A stretch of 64,000 bases of DNA from an uncultured Bacillota bacterium (GCA_963804645.1 CAWDRG010000009.1:352001-416000); one strand, 5' to 3'. Shown: positions 1 to 12,390, numbered from the stretch's first letter. Notes: a model not told the origin generated them from the sequence alone. Translations and numbers: made by a program.

Positions 1-1168
1 CCAGGCGCTGCAGCGGCTGCGTGAAGCGGCGGAGCGCGCGAAGATCGAGCTCAGCACGGTGGTGCAGACGTCGATCAACCTGCCGTTCATCACGGCGGAT
101 GCGACCGGCCCCAAGCACCTCGACATGGTGCTCAGCCGGGCGAAGTTCGACGAGCTGACCGCGGATCTCGTGGAGCGGTGCATCGGGCCGTTCAAGCAGG
201 CGCTGAGCGACGCGAAGCTCACCGAGAAGGATCTCAACGAGGTCATCCTCGTCGGAGGCTCGACGCGGATGCCGAGCGTACAGGAGCTCGTCCGGCGCCT
301 GACCGGCCGCGAGCCGAACAAAGAGGTGCATCCGGACGAGGTCGTGGCGATCGGCGCGGCGATCCAGGCGGGCGTGCTCGCCGGCGACGTGCGGGAGGTC
401 GTGCTGCTTGACGTCACCCCGCTGTCTCTCGGCATCGAGACGCTCGGCGGGGTCGACACGGTCCTGATCTCGCGGAACACGACGATTCCGACCCGCAAGA
501 CGGAGACGTTCAGCACCGCGGAGGACGGGCAGACGGCCGTGGATATCCACGTGCTCCAGGGCGAGCGCCCGATGGCCCGGGACAACCGGACCCTCGGAAA
601 GTTCCAGCTCACCGGGATCCCGGCGGCCCCGAGGGGGATTCCGCAGGTCGAGGTCACGTTCGACATCGACGCCAACGGAATCCTGAACGTGTCCGCGAAG
701 GACAAGGCGACGAACCGGGAGCAGTCGATCAAGATTACCGGCACCGGCACCCTGGATAAGGGTGAGGTGGACCGCCTGGTGAAAGAGGCCGAGGCGCACG
801 CCACGGAGGACCAGACGATCCGCGACGCCGCGGAGATCAAGAACCAAGGCGACAGCCTCGCGTACCAGACCGAGCGGATGCTCAAGGAAGTCGGCGACAA
901 GGTGTCCGCGGAGGATCGGAGCAAGGTCGAAGCCGCGCTCGCCGAAGTCAAGGAGGCCGTGAAGGGCACCGACGGCGCCCGCATCAAGCAGGCGACCGAA
1001 GCCCTCCAGCAGGCCAGCTACAAGCTCGGCGAGGAGATGTACAAGCGGACGACCGCCGGCGCGGGAGCGCAGGCCGGCGCCGCGGGCGCTGCCGGTGGAC
1101 AGCCGAGCGGCGGCAGCGGCGGCGACGATGTCATCGACGCCGAGTTCAAACCGTCCGACAAACCGTAA
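1..1168 (+). CDS. dnaK: Chaperone DnaK (Hsp70), 5' truncated by window edge
   Basis: Hsp70 motifs [44 protein letters not shown]-terminal DVIDAEF. Confidence 0.98.
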   Translation, partial: QALQRLREAAERAKIELSTVVQTSINLPFITADATGPKHLDMVLSRAKFDELTADLVERCIGPFKQALSDAKLTEKDLNEVILVGGSTRMPSVQELVRRLTGREPNKEVHPDEVVAIGAAIQAGVLAGDVREVVLLDVTPLSLGIETLGGVDTVLISRNTTIPTRKTETFSTAEDGQTAVDIHVLQGERPMARDNRTLGKFQLTGIPAAPRGIPQVEVTFDIDANGILNVSAKDKATNREQSIKITGTGTLDKGEVDRLVKEAEAHATEDQTIRDAAEIKNQGDSLAYQTERMLKEVGDKVSAEDRSKVEAALAEVKEAVKGTDGARIKQATEALQQASYKLGEEMYKRTTAGAGAQAGAAGAAGGQPSGGSGGDDVIDAEFKPSDKP

Positions 1169-1184
1169 TCACCGTACCGGATCC

Positions 1185-1210
1185 GGGGGCCGGCGGGAAC
1201 GCCGGCCCCC
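1185..1210 (+). terminator. GC-rich hairpin between dnaK and grpE
   Basis: GGGGGCCGGCG-GGAA-CGCCGGCCCCC inverted repeat just after the dnaK stop; no strong U-tract. Confidence 0.5.
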
Positions 1211-1234
1211 AAGAATGATGCTCGACCGATTGAG

Positions 1235-1888
1235 GTGTCGGCAATGACGACAGGACACAGGGGCGGTCATCCCGGGCCCGGCCCCGCGCCGGAGTCCTCC
1301 GGCGAGGGGCCGGCGGACGCCGAAGGGCAGGGACCACAGACCCAAGGGTTGGAGATGCTCTCGATGGACGAACTCAAGGCGAAGGTCGTGGAGGCGCGGG
1401 AGGACGCGCAGCGCAACTGGCAGCACTTCCTCCACTCGGCGGCCGACTTGGAGAACTACAAGAAGCACGCGCTCCGCGAGCGGCAGGACGCGGTCGAGCG
1501 TACGCGCCGCCAGACGCTCAGCGTGGGGCTCGGCGTGGTCGACAATCTGGATCGCGCGGTCTCCTTCGGGGGCGCGCACGAAGACACGAGCAAGGCGCTG
1601 CTGGACGGTCTCCGGATGGCGCAGCGGCAGGCGCTGGATCAGCTCGCGTCCATCGGAGTGCGCCCGATCGACGCGGTCGGCAAGCCGTTCGATCCGCGCC
1701 TGCACGAGGCGGTCGGGGTGGTGCCGCCGCAGTCGGCGAGCCAGCGCCCGGGGACGATCGTCAACGAGGTGCAGCGCGGCTACATGCTGAACGATGACGT
1801 GCTGCGACCGGCGAAGGTCATGGTGGCGGAGGAACGAGGCAGCGGAGAGCGGATGGAAGGGAGCAACGTGGGGCCCGGTTCGGCCTGA
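1235..1888 (+). CDS. grpE: Nucleotide exchange factor GrpE
   Basis: [43 protein letters not shown]; position after dnaK. Confidence 0.95.
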   Translation: MSAMTTGHRGGHPGPGPAPESSGEGPADAEGQGPQTQGLEMLSMDELKAKVVEAREDAQRNWQHFLHSAADLENYKKHALRERQDAVERTRRQTLSVGLGVVDNLDRAVSFGGAHEDTSKALLDGLRMAQRQALDQLASIGVRPIDAVGKPFDPRLHEAVGVVPPQSASQRPGTIVNEVQRGYMLNDDVLRPAKVMVAEERGSGERMEGSNVGPGSA

Positions 1889-1910
1889 TCCGCGGGGCCC
1901 GCTCAGGATC

Positions 1911-2911
1911 ATGGAGTTCAAAGACTACTACAAGGTTCTTGGGGTCGAGCGGAGCGCCGACCAGAAGGCAATCAGCCAGGCCTTCCGGAAGCTCGCGCGC
2001 CAGCACCATCCGGACGTGAACCGCGGGAAGCCCCAGGCCGAAGAGCGCTTCAAGGAGATCAACGAGGCGTACCAGGTCCTCAACGATCCCGAGCGGCGTG
2101 CGAAGTATAACCAGGTACTCGACCTCCGTCAGCACGGCGGCGGCTGGGAGGACCTGATGCGGGGCGGAGCCCAGCCCGGCGGGGACGGGACGTTCACCGT
2201 GTACGGGCAGGGAATGAACCCCGAGGACCTCGGCCAGTTCAGCGACTTCTTCCAGCAGCTGTTCAGCGGGTTCGGCGCCGCGGGCTCGGCGGGCAGTACC
2301 AGGACGGGCGGGCGGCGGCGGCGCGGCGGCCGCGGGAGCGCCTCCACCATCGAGGATCTCCTGCGACAGCACGAGGCCGAATCCGCGCCCGCGGGCGCCG
2401 ACGTCGAGGGCCCTGTCGAGATCACGCTCGAGGAAGCCTACCGGGGCACCACCCGATCGGTGACCGTACCGGCGACGGCGGCGCCTCGCGCACGATCGAC
2501 GTGACCATTCCGAAAGGCGTCCGGAGCGGCCAGCGGATCAGGGCCGCCGGCCAGGGGCCCGGCGGCGGAGACCTCTATCTCGTCGTGCAGATTAGCCCCC
2601 ATTCGATCTTTACGCGGCAGGGCGACGACATCGTGTGCGAGGTCGCGATCCCGGCGTGGACCGCGGCGCTCGGCGGCGTGGCCCACGTCCCGACGCTCGG
2701 CGGCCAGATGACCATGACGATCCCCGCCGGCTCGCGCGACGGACGGACGTTCCGGCTGCGCGGCCAGGGGATGCCCCACGTCCGCGGGGAGGCCGCCGGA
2801 GACGAGCTCGTCAAGATACGGCTCGCGCTGCCCGACCCGCTGACCGCGCGCGACCGGGAGCTGTTCGAGGAGATGCGCAAACTGCACGAAGGCACGAACA
2901 CGACAACCTAA
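1911..2911 (+). pseudogene. dnaJ: Class II DnaJ/CbpA-like co-chaperone (no Zn finger), split by a 1-nt frameshift near 2468
   Basis: J domain [12 protein letters not shown]...HHPD from 1911; C-terminal domain ([33 protein letters not shown]) continues in another frame to 2911; could be a sequencing error. Confidence 0.85.
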
Positions 2912-2929
2912 AACAAAAGGACGACGACC

Positions 2930-5539
2930 ATGGCGACACGATTTGATCGATTCACCGAAAAAGCGCAGGAGGCGCTGATCGCAGCGCAGACGCTCGGCCG
3001 GGACGCCCAGCACGCGCAGATCGACACGGACCACCTCCTGCTCGCACTGCTGGAGCCGCAGGACGGGATTCCCGCCGCGGTCTTGGGCCGCATGGGAGTC
3101 AACGTGGGAGCGCTCCGGGCAAAGATGGAGCAGGAGCTCGCGCGGCGTCCCAACGTCCAGGGCGGAGCGGACCCGGGCATCGGGCCGGATCTCCGGCGGG
3201 CCCTTGAGGTCGCGCAGGCGGAGGCGCAGCGCCTCAAGGACGAGTACGTCAGCACGGAACATCTATTGCTCGGCATCGCCGCGGACACGAACAGCGCGGC
3301 GGGACGGGCGCTGCGCGAGGCCGGCGTGGACCGGGAGAAGATCTACACGGCGCTCCAGCAGGTCCGGGGCGGACAGCGCGTCACCGACGCGAGCCCGGAG
3401 TCGAAGTATCAGGCGCTCGAGCGGTACGGACGCGACCTGACGAAGATGGCCCGCGAGGGCAAGCTCGACCCCGTGATCGGCCGCGACGAGGAGATCCGCC
3501 GCGTGGTGCAGGTCCTGGCCCGCCGGACGAAAAACAACCCCGTCCTCATCGGCGATCCGGGGGTCGGCAAGACGGCGATCGTCGAGGGCCTCGCCCAGCG
3601 CATCGTCCGGGGCGACGTTCCGGAGACCCTCAAGCACAAGCGCGTGATCCAGCTCGACCTCGGCGCCATGATCGCGGGCGCGAAGTATCGGGGTGAGTTC
3701 GAGGACCGGCTGAAGGCGGTCCTGCGCGAGGTCACGGAGTCGGCGGGAGAGATCATCCTCTTCATCGACGAGCTGCACACCGTCGTCGGCGCCGGCGCGG
3801 CCGAGGGCGCCATGGACGCGAGCAACATGCTGAAGCCGATGCTCGCCCGCGGCGAGCTGCACACGATCGGCGCGACGACGCTCGACGAGTACCGGAAACA
3901 CATCGAGAAGGACCCGGCGCTCGAGCGGCGGTTCCAGCCGGTGCTCGTCGGCGAGCCCTCGGTCGAGGAGACGATCTCGATCCTGCGGGGATTGAAGGAG
4001 AAGTACGAGGTGCACCACGGGGTGCGCATCACGGACAGCGCGGTGATCGCCGCGGCCACGCTCTCCGACCGGTACATCAGCGACCGGTTCCTGCCGGACA
4101 AGGCGATCGACCTGATCGATGAGGCGGCGAGCCGGCTGCGGATGGAGATCGACAGCAAGCCCGCGGCGCTCGACGAGGCCGATCGCAAGGTGATGCAGCT
4201 CGAGATCGAGCGCGCGGCGCTGCGCAAGGAGACCGACCCAGCGGCGCGGGAGCGGCTCGAGCGCATCGAGCGCGAGATCGCGGAGCTGCAGGAGCAGAGC
4301 CGCGCACTGCGCACGCGCTGGGAGCGGGAGAAGGCCGCGATCGCCGAGCTCAGGTCGACGAAGGCCAAGATCGACGAAGTGCGGGTCCAGATCGAGCAGG
4401 CCGAGCACGCCCAGAACCTGGAACTGGCCGCGCGGCTGCGCTACGGCACCCTCCGGGAGCTGGAGCAGCAGCTCAAGGAGAAGGAGCAGGCGTTGGCGGC
4501 CCTCGGGGACAGCCGCCTCTTAAAGGAAGAGGTCGGCCCCGAGGACGTGGCCGACGTCGTGGCGCGGTGGACCGGCATCCCGGTGACGCGCCTGATGGAA
4601 GGTGAAATGGCCAAGCTGCTTCAGCTTGAGGACCGCCTCCACGCCCGGGTCGTGGGGCAGGAGGACGCGGTGCGCGCCGTATCCGACGCGATCCGGCGGT
4701 CGCGCGCGGGGCTGTCGGACCCGAAGCGCCCGGTCGGCTCGTTCCTGTTCCTCGGCCCGACCGGCGTGGGCAAGACCGAGCTCGCCCGCGCGCTGGCCGC
4801 GCTCCTGTTCGACGACGAGGATGCGATGGTGCGCATCGACATGTCCGAGTACATGGAGAAGCACGCGGTGAGCCGCCTGATCGGGGCGCCGCCGGGGTAC
4901 GTCGGCTACGACGAGGGCGGCCAGCTCACCGAGGCCGTGCGGCGCCGGCCGTACCGGGTGATCCTGTTCGACGAGATCGAGAAGGCGCACCCGGACGTGT
5001 TCAACATCCTCCTGCAGATCCTGGAGGACGGGCGCCTCACGGACGGGCACGGCCGGACGGTAGATTTCCGGCACGCGATTATTATCATGACAAGCAACCT
5101 GGGAAGCCAGTATCTGAGAAACCTGGATCCCGACGACCAGCCCTCGTTCGAGCTGGTCCGCGTGCAGATTCAGGAGGAGCTGCGGCGCACGCTGCGTCCG
5201 GAGTTCCTGAACCGGATCGACGAGGTGATCGTATTCCATCCGCTGACCAAGACGAACCTGGAGGCGATCGTCGACCTGCAGATGCAGACGCTGGTCTCGC
5301 GCCTCGGCGGCCTCAAGATCCGGCTCGAGGTGACGTCCGCGGCGAAGGCGCTGCTGGCCCGCGAAGGCTACAGCCCCGACTTCGGCGCCCGGCCGCTCAG
5401 GCGGCTGATCCAGCGCGTCGTGGAGAACCCGCTGAGCCGGGGGCTGCTCTCCGGCGAGTTCCGCGAGGGCGACAGCGTCGTGGTCGACGCCCAAGGCGGC
5501 GAGATCACTCTCAAGAAGGCGGCGCCGGCGAGGGTCTAA
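2930..5539 (+). CDS. clpB: ATP-dependent disaggregase ClpB
   Basis: Two AAA+ modules ([16 protein letters not shown]), KYRGEFE, GYVGY, long coiled-coil middle domain; 869 aa. Confidence 0.97.
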   Translation: MATRFDRFTEKAQEALIAAQTLGRDAQHAQIDTDHLLLALLEPQDGIPAAVLGRMGVNVGALRAKMEQELARRPNVQGGADPGIGPDLRRALEVAQAEAQRLKDEYVSTEHLLLGIAADTNSAAGRALREAGVDREKIYTALQQVRGGQRVTDASPESKYQALERYGRDLTKMAREGKLDPVIGRDEEIRRVVQVLARRTKNNPVLIGDPGVGKTAIVEGLAQRIVRGDVPETLKHKRVIQLDLGAMIAGAKYRGEFEDRLKAVLREVTESAGEIILFIDELHTVVGAGAAEGAMDASNMLKPMLARGELHTIGATTLDEYRKHIEKDPALERRFQPVLVGEPSVEETISILRGLKEKYEVHHGVRITDSAVIAAATLSDRYISDRFLPDKAIDLIDEAASRLRMEIDSKPAALDEADRKVMQLEIERAALRKETDPAARERLERIEREIAELQEQSRALRTRWEREKAAIAELRSTKAKIDEVRVQIEQAEHAQNLELAARLRYGTLRELEQQLKEKEQALAALGDSRLLKEEVGPEDVADVVARWTGIPVTRLMEGEMAKLLQLEDRLHARVVGQEDAVRAVSDAIRRSRAGLSDPKRPVGSFLFLGPTGVGKTELARALAALLFDDEDAMVRIDMSEYMEKHAVSRLIGAPPGYVGYDEGGQLTEAVRRRPYRVILFDEIEKAHPDVFNILLQILEDGRLTDGHGRTVDFRHAIIIMTSNLGSQYLRNLDPDDQPSFELVRVQIQEELRRTLRPEFLNRIDEVIVFHPLTKTNLEAIVDLQMQTLVSRLGGLKIRLEVTSAAKALLAREGYSPDFGARPLRRLIQRVVENPLSRGLLSGEFREGDSVVVDAQGGEITLKKAAPARV

Positions 5540-5563
5540 CACCGGCCGGGCGCACGCGAGATT

Positions 5564-5599
5564 CGGCACGCCCCCTGCCGCGCGGCAGGGGGCGTGCCG
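5564..5599. terminator. Perfect 36-bp palindrome after clpB (probable terminator)
   Basis: CGGCACGCCCCCTGCCGC|GCGGCAGGGGGCGTGCCG. Confidence 0.6.
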
Positions 5600-5615
5600 C
5601 GTCCAGGGGAACTGT

Positions 5616-7133
5616 GTGCCAGCACGATCACAGGAGGGACCGGCCATTCTGGAGCTGATCGTCTTCATCAGCGGCGGCGTCCTGCTCGCGCTCGAGATCG
5701 TCGCGAGCCGGGTCGTGGCGCCGTACTTCGGCAACTCCGTCTACGTATGGGGGAGCCTGATCGGCGTCTTCCTGGCGGCGCTCAGCCTCGGCTACTTCCT
5801 CGGGGGCCGCATCGCCACCCGGTGGCCGTCGTGGGGCCCGTTCCTCGCGTTCGTCCTCGCGGCGGGCGCATGCATCTACCCGATTCCGCACGTGGCAAGC
5901 GGCGTGCTGGGCGCGATCGCGGACCGGGACTACGGCCCGCGTGCCAATCCCCTGATCGGCGCCACGGTGCTGTTCTTCCTCCCGAGCGTGCTGCTCGGCA
6001 CGATCTCACCCTACGCGGTGCGCCTCCGCGCACGCTCGGTCGAAGGCATCGGGAGCGTCGCGGGCGCCCTCTACGCGCTCAGCACGCTCGGCAGCATCGT
6101 CGGGACGCTGCTCGCCGCGTTTGTCCTGATCTCGTCAGTCGGGGTGCATTCGATCATTCAGATCCTGGGCGGCACGGAGATGGGCCTCGCCGTCATCGGC
6201 TTTCTGTGGATGCGGCGGATGCGCGGGGCCGCCGCCGCCGCGGCCGTCATCGCGATCGTGCTCGCGGCCGGGACGAGCGTGCCCCCGGACGGCCCGGGGG
6301 TGGTCTACGCCCGCGACACGGTGTACCATCGCATCTCCGTGACGGACGACGGCGACTACCGGTATCTCAGGCTCGATCAGTATTGGCAGAGTGGCCGCGA
6401 CCTGACGGCTCCGCTCCGCACCGTGTTCCCGTACACCGACTACCTGCACCTCGCGACGCTCTTCGCTCCGCCCCTCCGGCACGTGCTGTTCGTCGGCTTG
6501 GGGGGCGGCACGGTCCAGAGCCGGTTTTTCCACGACTATCCCAACGCGCAGATCGACGTGGTGGAGATCGACCCCGCGGTCGTCGACACGGCGCGCCGCT
6601 ACTTCGCGCTGCCGAGCTCGCCTCGGCTCGCGGTACATGTCCAGGACGGCCGGCTGTGGATCCGCCGCACGCCCGAGCGGTACGATCTCATCGTGCTGGA
6701 CGCGTACCTCATCGACACGATCCCATTCCATCTGGCGACGCGCGAGTTCTACGAAAACGCCGCCGCGCACCTCACCCCCGGCGGCGTCGTCGAGAGCAAC
6801 GTCATCGGCGCCACGCTCGGTCCCGAGAGCCGGCTGTTCCGGGCGTTCTACAAGACGTTTCGATCGGTGTTCCCGGCGGTGTACGTGTTTCCCGTCGACG
6901 GCGCGTCACAGTCCCTCCAGAACATCATCATGATCGGCGGAGCCCGTCCCGAACTCTCCCCCGCGGAGGTCCGCGCCCGGGCCGACCGCGCCGCGGCCCA
7001 AGGCCGTGTCCACATCGACGGGTTCGTCCGCGACGCCGGCGAGCTGTACACCGGATCGATCGAGACGCGGGACATACCGCTCCTGACCGACGACTACGCG
7101 CCGACCGACGCGCTGCTCGCCTCGGAGCGGTGA
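5616..7133 (+). CDS. Fused membrane (MFS-like)/spermidine synthase family protein
   Basis: N-terminal TM helices ([25 protein letters not shown]); SAM-binding [32 protein letters not shown]. Confidence 0.88.
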   Translation: MPARSQEGPAILELIVFISGGVLLALEIVASRVVAPYFGNSVYVWGSLIGVFLAALSLGYFLGGRIATRWPSWGPFLAFVLAAGACIYPIPHVASGVLGAIADRDYGPRANPLIGATVLFFLPSVLLGTISPYAVRLRARSVEGIGSVAGALYALSTLGSIVGTLLAAFVLISSVGVHSIIQILGGTEMGLAVIGFLWMRRMRGAAAAAAVIAIVLAAGTSVPPDGPGVVYARDTVYHRISVTDDGDYRYLRLDQYWQSGRDLTAPLRTVFPYTDYLHLATLFAPPLRHVLFVGLGGGTVQSRFFHDYPNAQIDVVEIDPAVVDTARRYFALPSSPRLAVHVQDGRLWIRRTPERYDLIVLDAYLIDTIPFHLATREFYENAAAHLTPGGVVESNVIGATLGPESRLFRAFYKTFRSVFPAVYVFPVDGASQSLQNIIMIGGARPELSPAEVRARADRAAAQGRVHIDGFVRDAGELYTGSIETRDIPLLTDDYAPTDALLASER

Positions 7134-7137
7134 CGCG

Positions 7138-7395
7138 GTGCCGGTGCTCAAGCTCGCGCTCGGCGACGTCGTGCGCACCCGCAAGCCCCATCCCTGCGGC
7201 AGCGACTCGTGGGAGATCGTGCGGCTCGGCGCGGACATCGGCCTGCGCTGCACGGGCTGCGGACGGCACGTGCTGATGCCGCGCGTGAAGCTGGAGCGGC
7301 GCATCAAGGAGTTTCTGACGCGGGGTCCCGGCGCGGCGCCGGCCCCGGCCGAAGGGCGGGGGTCCCCCGGGGAATCACCCCCCGGCGAAACGTGA
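7138..7395 (+). CDS. DUF951 family protein
   Basis: [33 protein letters not shown]; typical neighbour of ychF. Confidence 0.9.
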   Translation: MPVLKLALGDVVRTRKPHPCGSDSWEIVRLGADIGLRCTGCGRHVLMPRVKLERRIKEFLTRGPGAAPAPAEGRGSPGESPPGET

Positions 7396-7401
7396 TACAA
7401 T
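7393..7401 (+). promoter_or_regulatory. Putative extended -10 promoter for the GGDEF gene
   Basis: TGaTACAAT about 95 bp upstream of the ATG at 7497. Confidence 0.4.
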
Positions 7402-7496
7402 GACCGAAATTCCGCACACGGGGCATACCACGGTGGGGGGGCGCGAGCATTGGTGCGCCCACCGGCGCGGGATCTAAAAAACGCCCGGGAGTTCGC

Positions 7497-10400
7497 ATGA
7501 CGAATCGGCTCCACCAGCGTTGGGAGTGGCTCGCCACGTTTGGGCCGCCGATCGGGGCGGTCATCGCGCTCGTCGTGCTCAGCCGCACGCTCGAGGTAGT
7601 GTACCCTCCCATCTCTCCGGAGCCGCCGGGCGGCAGCCTGCCCCACTTGCTCGCGTGGTTCATCAGCCTACCGCACTATCTGGGACTGTTTTTTACGCTG
7701 CCCGACCTCCTGGTGCTGTTCATCATCCTGGCCACGGCCGCCGAGTTTTGCCAGATCTCGCTCACCCACGGCGGCGCCACGACCTTTGGCCCGTGCATCA
7801 CGATTCCCGCGATCGTCATCATCGGCCCCGTCCCGGCGGCGGTCGTGGGCATGTTCGCTATGGCGCTCGGGAACGGCCTCTTCCGACGTCGGCCGATCAA
7901 GACCAGCATCTTCAACGTCGGGCAGCGTACGGTGTCGCTCCTGCTCGCCGGCGCGGCGTGGACGCTGCTGCTGCCGAACCATCCGGGGTTCGGGTATCCG
8001 AGCGTGGACCTCCTCGGGGACAATTTCATCATCATCCCGGTCCTCGGGATGCTCGTCGTGTACGCGCTCGCCACCGCGCTCCAGGTCAACCTGTGGCTGT
8101 CGGCGATCCGCCGGGAGCGGTTCGCCACCGTGTTCTGGGCCAACGCGGCGTGGCAGTTCCCGATCAGCACCACGTTCGGGGCGTCAGGACTCGCGGTGGC
8201 GCTGTTCCTGGCGGGGCGCCCGGCGACTCCGGTCGTGCCGTTCGTGATCGCGAGCTTCCCGCTCCTCGTGTTGACGGCGCGGCGGCAGGCGCTGCTGGAG
8301 GCCGAGAAGATCCACCGCGCGGTCAGCGACGTCCTGAAGACCCTGAATCTCGACGATCTGCTCGTCAAGCTCGGCGAGGAGGTCCGCCGCCTCGCCAACC
8401 CCGATGTCGTCTGCATCCTGCTGCAGGAGCCGGACGGCAGCAGCCGGGTCGGATTGATCAAGGGCGCCGAGCCGGCCGCCGTCGAGGCGCTGTGGACCGG
8501 AGACGGCAGCAGCCCGGTGGCGCAGGCCGCCGCCAGCGGCCAGACCGTGCGCATCGCCGACTACGCCAAATACGTGCGCCGGCGTCCCAAGGACCAGCGG
8601 CACTCCGCGCCCGCCTCGGTGTGCTCGGTGATCATCGCGCCGCTGTTCGCCGGCGAGACGCTGCTCGGGACGCTGATCGTCACCAAGGCCGTCCCGGGGT
8701 ACTTCACGGCATACCAGGAGCGCGTGGTCACGACGCTGGCCGCGCAGGGCGCGCTCGCCATCCACAACGCCCGCCTCTACCTGGCCTCGCAGCGCAACCT
8801 GGCGCGGGTGGCCGCGCTCCAGCAGGTCGCGCGGGCCGCCGTCGGCGGCGACCAGCTGCACGCGGTCGAGCAGACCATGGTCGACAGCGCCGTCGGGACC
8901 CTCGGGGCGAGCTGTGGCGTCGTCGCGCTCTACGACGCGGAAGCCGAGGCGCTCACCGGCGTCGCATTCCACAACGTGCCCCCCGAGGAAGTGGCCGGGT
9001 GGCGCGCGTCGGGCGCGCCGACGCTGTGGCAGGCGCGCCATGCGCAGGCGGCGCTGCGCCAGATGGGTCCGGTGGTGGTCGATGACCGCCGGGCGTCCGC
9101 GGACAACGGGTCCGCCGCCGCTCCCGGCCAGCCGATCGCGCTGGTGGCGGTACCCATGTCGTTCCAGGGACGGCCGATCGGCACCGTCGCCATCGGCCGC
9201 TCGGAGCCGCACCACTGGACCCCTGAAGAGATCGAACTGCTGCAGGCGCTCGCGAACGAAGGCGCCGTGACGATCGAGAGCGCCCGGCTCTCCCACGCCA
9301 CCGCGCGCCAGCTGCAGCAGATGCGCGCCCTGGAGCAGATCTCCGAGCGGATCAACACGGAGCACGACCTCGACGCGATCTTCAAACTGATCGAAGAGAG
9401 CGCGCACGACGTCCTTGGCGTCCACCGCTGCGTGATTTACCTCATCGACGGCGACGGCGGCACCACCATGCAGACCTACGGCAACGGCGTCCCCGACGAG
9501 TACCTGAAACTGCTCCACGCCCGCATCCGGCAGGGGGTCTCGATCGCCAACCGGGCGATGGACGAGCGCGAACCGGTGATCATCACCGACGCCCTCCAGG
9601 ACCCGAGAATTCCTCCGGAACTCCAGCGCTACGGCTTCCGCACGATCGCCACGTTCCCGCTGTCGTTTCACGACACCGCGATCGGGCTGCTCGCGTTCTA
9701 TCACGACACGGTGCACCGGTACACCGCAGGGGACGTGATGCTGGGCGGGGCGTTCGCCAACCAGGCGGCGATCGCCGTGCAGAACGCGCGCCTGCTGCAG
9801 GCGGCGGAGGCGCGCGCGCACCAGCTCGGACTGCTCCACCGGACGGTCACGCGCGTCGGCGCGTCGCTCAAGCCGGAAGAACTGTGCGAGACGCTCGTCG
9901 ACGAGCTGCACACGGCGCTCGGCTACCCTTTCGCGGCGATCTACCTGGTGCGCGACGACCGCATGGTCGTGATGTCCCACCGCGGGTACTCGCGCATCCC
10001 CAACGGGGACGAGGTCCTCAACGGCGTGATCGGCCGGACGATGAAAACAGGGCAGGCGCAGCTTGTCGAGGACGTCGCGCGCGATCCCGACTACGTCGCC
10101 GGCGATCCCGGCATCACCCAGGAGGCGGCGGTCCCGATCCTGCTCGAGGGTCGGGTGATCGGCGTGCTCAACGTCGAAACGGTCGACCCGGTGCTGACGC
10201 GTGCCGATGTCGATCTGCTCACCACCGTCGCGAGCGAGCTGGCCGCGGCATTCCGGAACGCCGAGCTCTTCAGCCAGGCGCAGCAGCGCCGGGACGACCT
10301 GCAGGCCCTGTACGAGATCGCACAGGAGCTCGGCACATCGCTGGAGGTGACCAAGATCGCCGATGCGCTCGCGTCGGCGACGTGCCAGCGCTTCGGCTAT

Positions 10401-11273
10401 GCGTACGGCACCATCCTGCTCATCGATGACGCGCTCGGCGACCTCACGGTCCGCGCGGCGTACGGCGCCCCCGAGCGCGTCGGGCAGCGCATCGCGCTCG
10501 GGCAGGGCGCAGAGGGCCGCGCCGCCCAGACCGGCCGTCCCGAGCTCATCCCTGACGCCTCGATGACGCCGCCGGACGGCACGCAGCGGCAGACCGCGGG
10601 TGCGATTCTCGCCGTGCCGCTGACTTGGGAAGGCCGGGTCGCCGCGGTGTTCAGCGTCGGCTCCACTACGGCCGGCGCGCTCGGCGACCGCGACCGGCAG
10701 CTGCTGACGACCCTCGCGGCGTACGGCGCGGTCGCGATCGAGAACGCCAGGCGATACGAGCAGGCGCGCCATCTCGCGGTCACCGACGGTCTGACCGGCC
10801 TGCTCAACCACCGGGCGTTCCGTCAGGCGCTCGAGCACGAGATGGAGCGGGCGAAGCGCTACGGTCTGCCGCTCTCCCTTCTGATGGTCGAGATCGACCG
10901 GTTCAAGCGGTACAACGACGCGTACGGGCATCTCCGCGGGGACGAGGTGCTGCGCAAGATCGCGGGGATCCTCGAGCGTGAACACCGGCGGCAGGTGGAC
11001 ATCGTCGCACGGTACGGCGGCGACGAGTTCATCGTCTGTCTGCCCCATACAACGAAGAAGGCGGCGGCCGAGGTCGCCGAGCGCATCCGCAACGCGGTCG
11101 AATCCACCCCGTTCATCCTCGATGCCGACGTGGCCTCGGTGACGTTGAGCCTCGGCGTGGCCGCGTACCCGGAGGACGGGCACAACGGCAATGAACTGGT
11201 CGATGCGGCGGACCGGAGGATGTACACCGCCAAGCAGGGCGGCGGCAACGCCGTCGTGCTGGCGACTCTTTGA
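7497..11273 (+). CDS. Membrane-anchored diguanylate cyclase with about five GAF domains
   Basis: N-terminal TM region; repeated GAF-end motifs (LAIHNARL, VTIESARL, IAVQNARL, AFRNAEL, VAIENAR); TDGLTGLLN, RQVD I-site, RYGGDEF. Confidence 0.92.
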   Translation: MTNRLHQRWEWLATFGPPIGAVIALVVLSRTLEVVYPPISPEPPGGSLPHLLAWFISLPHYLGLFFTLPDLLVLFIILATAAEFCQISLTHGGATTFGPCITIPAIVIIGPVPAAVVGMFAMALGNGLFRRRPIKTSIFNVGQRTVSLLLAGAAWTLLLPNHPGFGYPSVDLLGDNFIIIPVLGMLVVYALATALQVNLWLSAIRRERFATVFWANAAWQFPISTTFGASGLAVALFLAGRPATPVVPFVIASFPLLVLTARRQALLEAEKIHRAVSDVLKTLNLDDLLVKLGEEVRRLANPDVVCILLQEPDGSSRVGLIKGAEPAAVEALWTGDGSSPVAQAAASGQTVRIADYAKYVRRRPKDQRHSAPASVCSVIIAPLFAGETLLGTLIVTKAVPGYFTAYQERVVTTLAAQGALAIHNARLYLASQRNLARVAALQQVARAAVGGDQLHAVEQTMVDSAVGTLGASCGVVALYDAEAEALTGVAFHNVPPEEVAGWRASGAPTLWQARHAQAALRQMGPVVVDDRRASADNGSAAAPGQPIALVAVPMSFQGRPIGTVAIGRSEPHHWTPEEIELLQALANEGAVTIESARLSHATARQLQQMRALEQISERINTEHDLDAIFKLIEESAHDVLGVHRCVIYLIDGDGGTTMQTYGNGVPDEYLKLLHARIRQGVSIANRAMDEREPVIITDALQDPRIPPELQRYGFRTIATFPLSFHDTAIGLLAFYHDTVHRYTAGDVMLGGAFANQAAIAVQNARLLQAAEARAHQLGLLHRTVTRVGASLKPEELCETLVDELHTALGYPFAAIYLVRDDRMVVMSHRGYSRIPNGDEVLNGVIGRTMKTGQAQLVEDVARDPDYVAGDPGITQEAAVPILLEGRVIGVLNVETVDPVLTRADVDLLTTVASELAAAFRNAELFSQAQQRRDDLQALYEIAQELGTSLEVTKIADALASATCQRFGYAYGTILLIDDALGDLTVRAAYGAPERVGQRIALGQGAEGRAAQTGRPELIPDASMTPPDGTQRQTAGAILAVPLTWEGRVAAVFSVGSTTAGALGDRDRQLLTTLAAYGAVAIENARRYEQARHLAVTDGLTGLLNHRAFRQALEHEMERAKRYGLPLSLLMVEIDRFKRYNDAYGHLRGDEVLRKIAGILEREHRRQVDIVARYGGDEFIVCLPHTTKKAAAEVAERIRNAVESTPFILDADVASVTLSLGVAAYPEDGHNGNELVDAADRRMYTAKQGGGNAVVLATL

Positions 11274-11292
11274 CCGCAGGCACTGACCGCTC

Positions 11293-12390
11293 ATGCCGCT
11301 GACCTGCGGCCTCATTGGCCTTCCCAACGCCGGCAAGTCCACGCTGTTTCGCGCGGTCACGGCGGCGCACGCCGACATCGCCTCGTACGCGTTTACGACC
11401 ATCGCGCCGAACCTCGGGGTCGTCCGCATCCCGGACCCCCGGCTTGAGGTCCTCGCGGCGATCTTTCGGCCCGAACGGGTGGTCCAGGAGACTCTTGAAG
11501 TGGTGGATATCGCCGGGCTCGTGCGCGGCGCCCACGAGGGGGAGGGCCTCGGCAACCAGTTCTTGGGACACATCCGCGAGGTGGATGCGCTCCTGCACGT
11601 CGTCCGCTGCTTCGGCGGCCCGATCGATCACGCCGAGGGCAGCGTCGACGCCGTGCGCGACGCGGAGATCGTCGACGCCGAGCTGCTGCTCGCGGACCTC
11701 GACACGGTCGCGCGCGCGCGCGCCCAGGTCATCCCGAAGGCTCGGACAGGGGACCGCGCGGCCCGGGAGCGGGACGCCGTCCTCGCCGCGCTCGAAGCGC
11801 ATCTGGGAGCGGCACTGCCGGCGCGGACGTTCGTGCCCGCGGGGAACGCCTCGGATGCCGCGCAGATCGTCGCGCTGCTCCACCTGTTGACCGCCCACCC
11901 GGTGCTGTACGTCGCCAATCTCGACGACGCCGGCCCGGAATCCGCCGCTTGCCTGGCCGCGGTCGAGCGGTACGCGGCCCGCTCGGGCGCGGCCGCGCTC
12001 AGCGTGTTCGGCAAGCTCGAGCTGGAGCTGTCCGAGCTCTCGGATGAAGAGGCGGTGCAGTTCCTTGCGTCACTGGGGCTCCGCGAACGGAGCCTGCCGC
12101 GGCTCGTCCGTGCGTGCAACGCGCTGCTCGGCCTCCGGTCGTTCTTCACGGTCGGGTCCGATGAGGTCCGCGCGTGGAACATCACGGCGGGCACGCGCGC
12201 CCCGCGGGCCGCGGGAAAGGTCCATACCGACATGGAACGGGGGTTCATCCGCGCCGAAGTGATCGCGTACGAGGATCTGATCGCCTGCGGGTCCCTCGCC
12301 GCCGCCCGCGAGCGGGGCCTGCTGCGCCTCGAAGGGCGCGACTACGAGGTCCAGGATGGCGATGTCATCAGTTTCCGGTTCGCGGTCTAG
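11293..12390 (+). CDS. ychF: Redox-regulated ATPase YchF
   Basis: [53 protein letters not shown]-type C-terminus. Confidence 0.95.
   Translation: MPLTCGLIGLPNAGKSTLFRAVTAAHADIASYAFTTIAPNLGVVRIPDPRLEVLAAIFRPERVVQETLEVVDIAGLVRGAHEGEGLGNQFLGHIREVDALLHVVRCFGGPIDHAEGSVDAVRDAEIVDAELLLADLDTVARARAQVIPKARTGDRAARERDAVLAALEAHLGAALPARTFVPAGNASDAAQIVALLHLLTAHPVLYVANLDDAGPESAACLAAVERYAARSGAAALSVFGKLELELSELSDEEAVQFLASLGLRERSLPRLVRACNALLGLRSFFTVGSDEVRAWNITAGTRAPRAAGKVHTDMERGFIRAEVIAYEDLIACGSLAAARERGLLRLEGRDYEVQDGDVISFRFAV

Noticed and set aside
1169..1240. CIRCE or HAIR heat-shock operator in the chaperone operon
   Set aside because: No match in the intergenic gaps; the operon promoter lies outside the window.
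5564..5599. Perfect palindromes (5564, 21024, 50440) as one REP family
   Set aside because: Their sequences are unrelated and each follows a stop codon, so they are best explained as terminators.
8184..11573. 1129-aa minus-strand ORF and similar long antisense ORFs (52497-55301, 45207-47495, 40435-42591)
   Set aside because: Shadow ORFs opposite well-supported genes, expected in high-GC DNA; no recognisable motifs.
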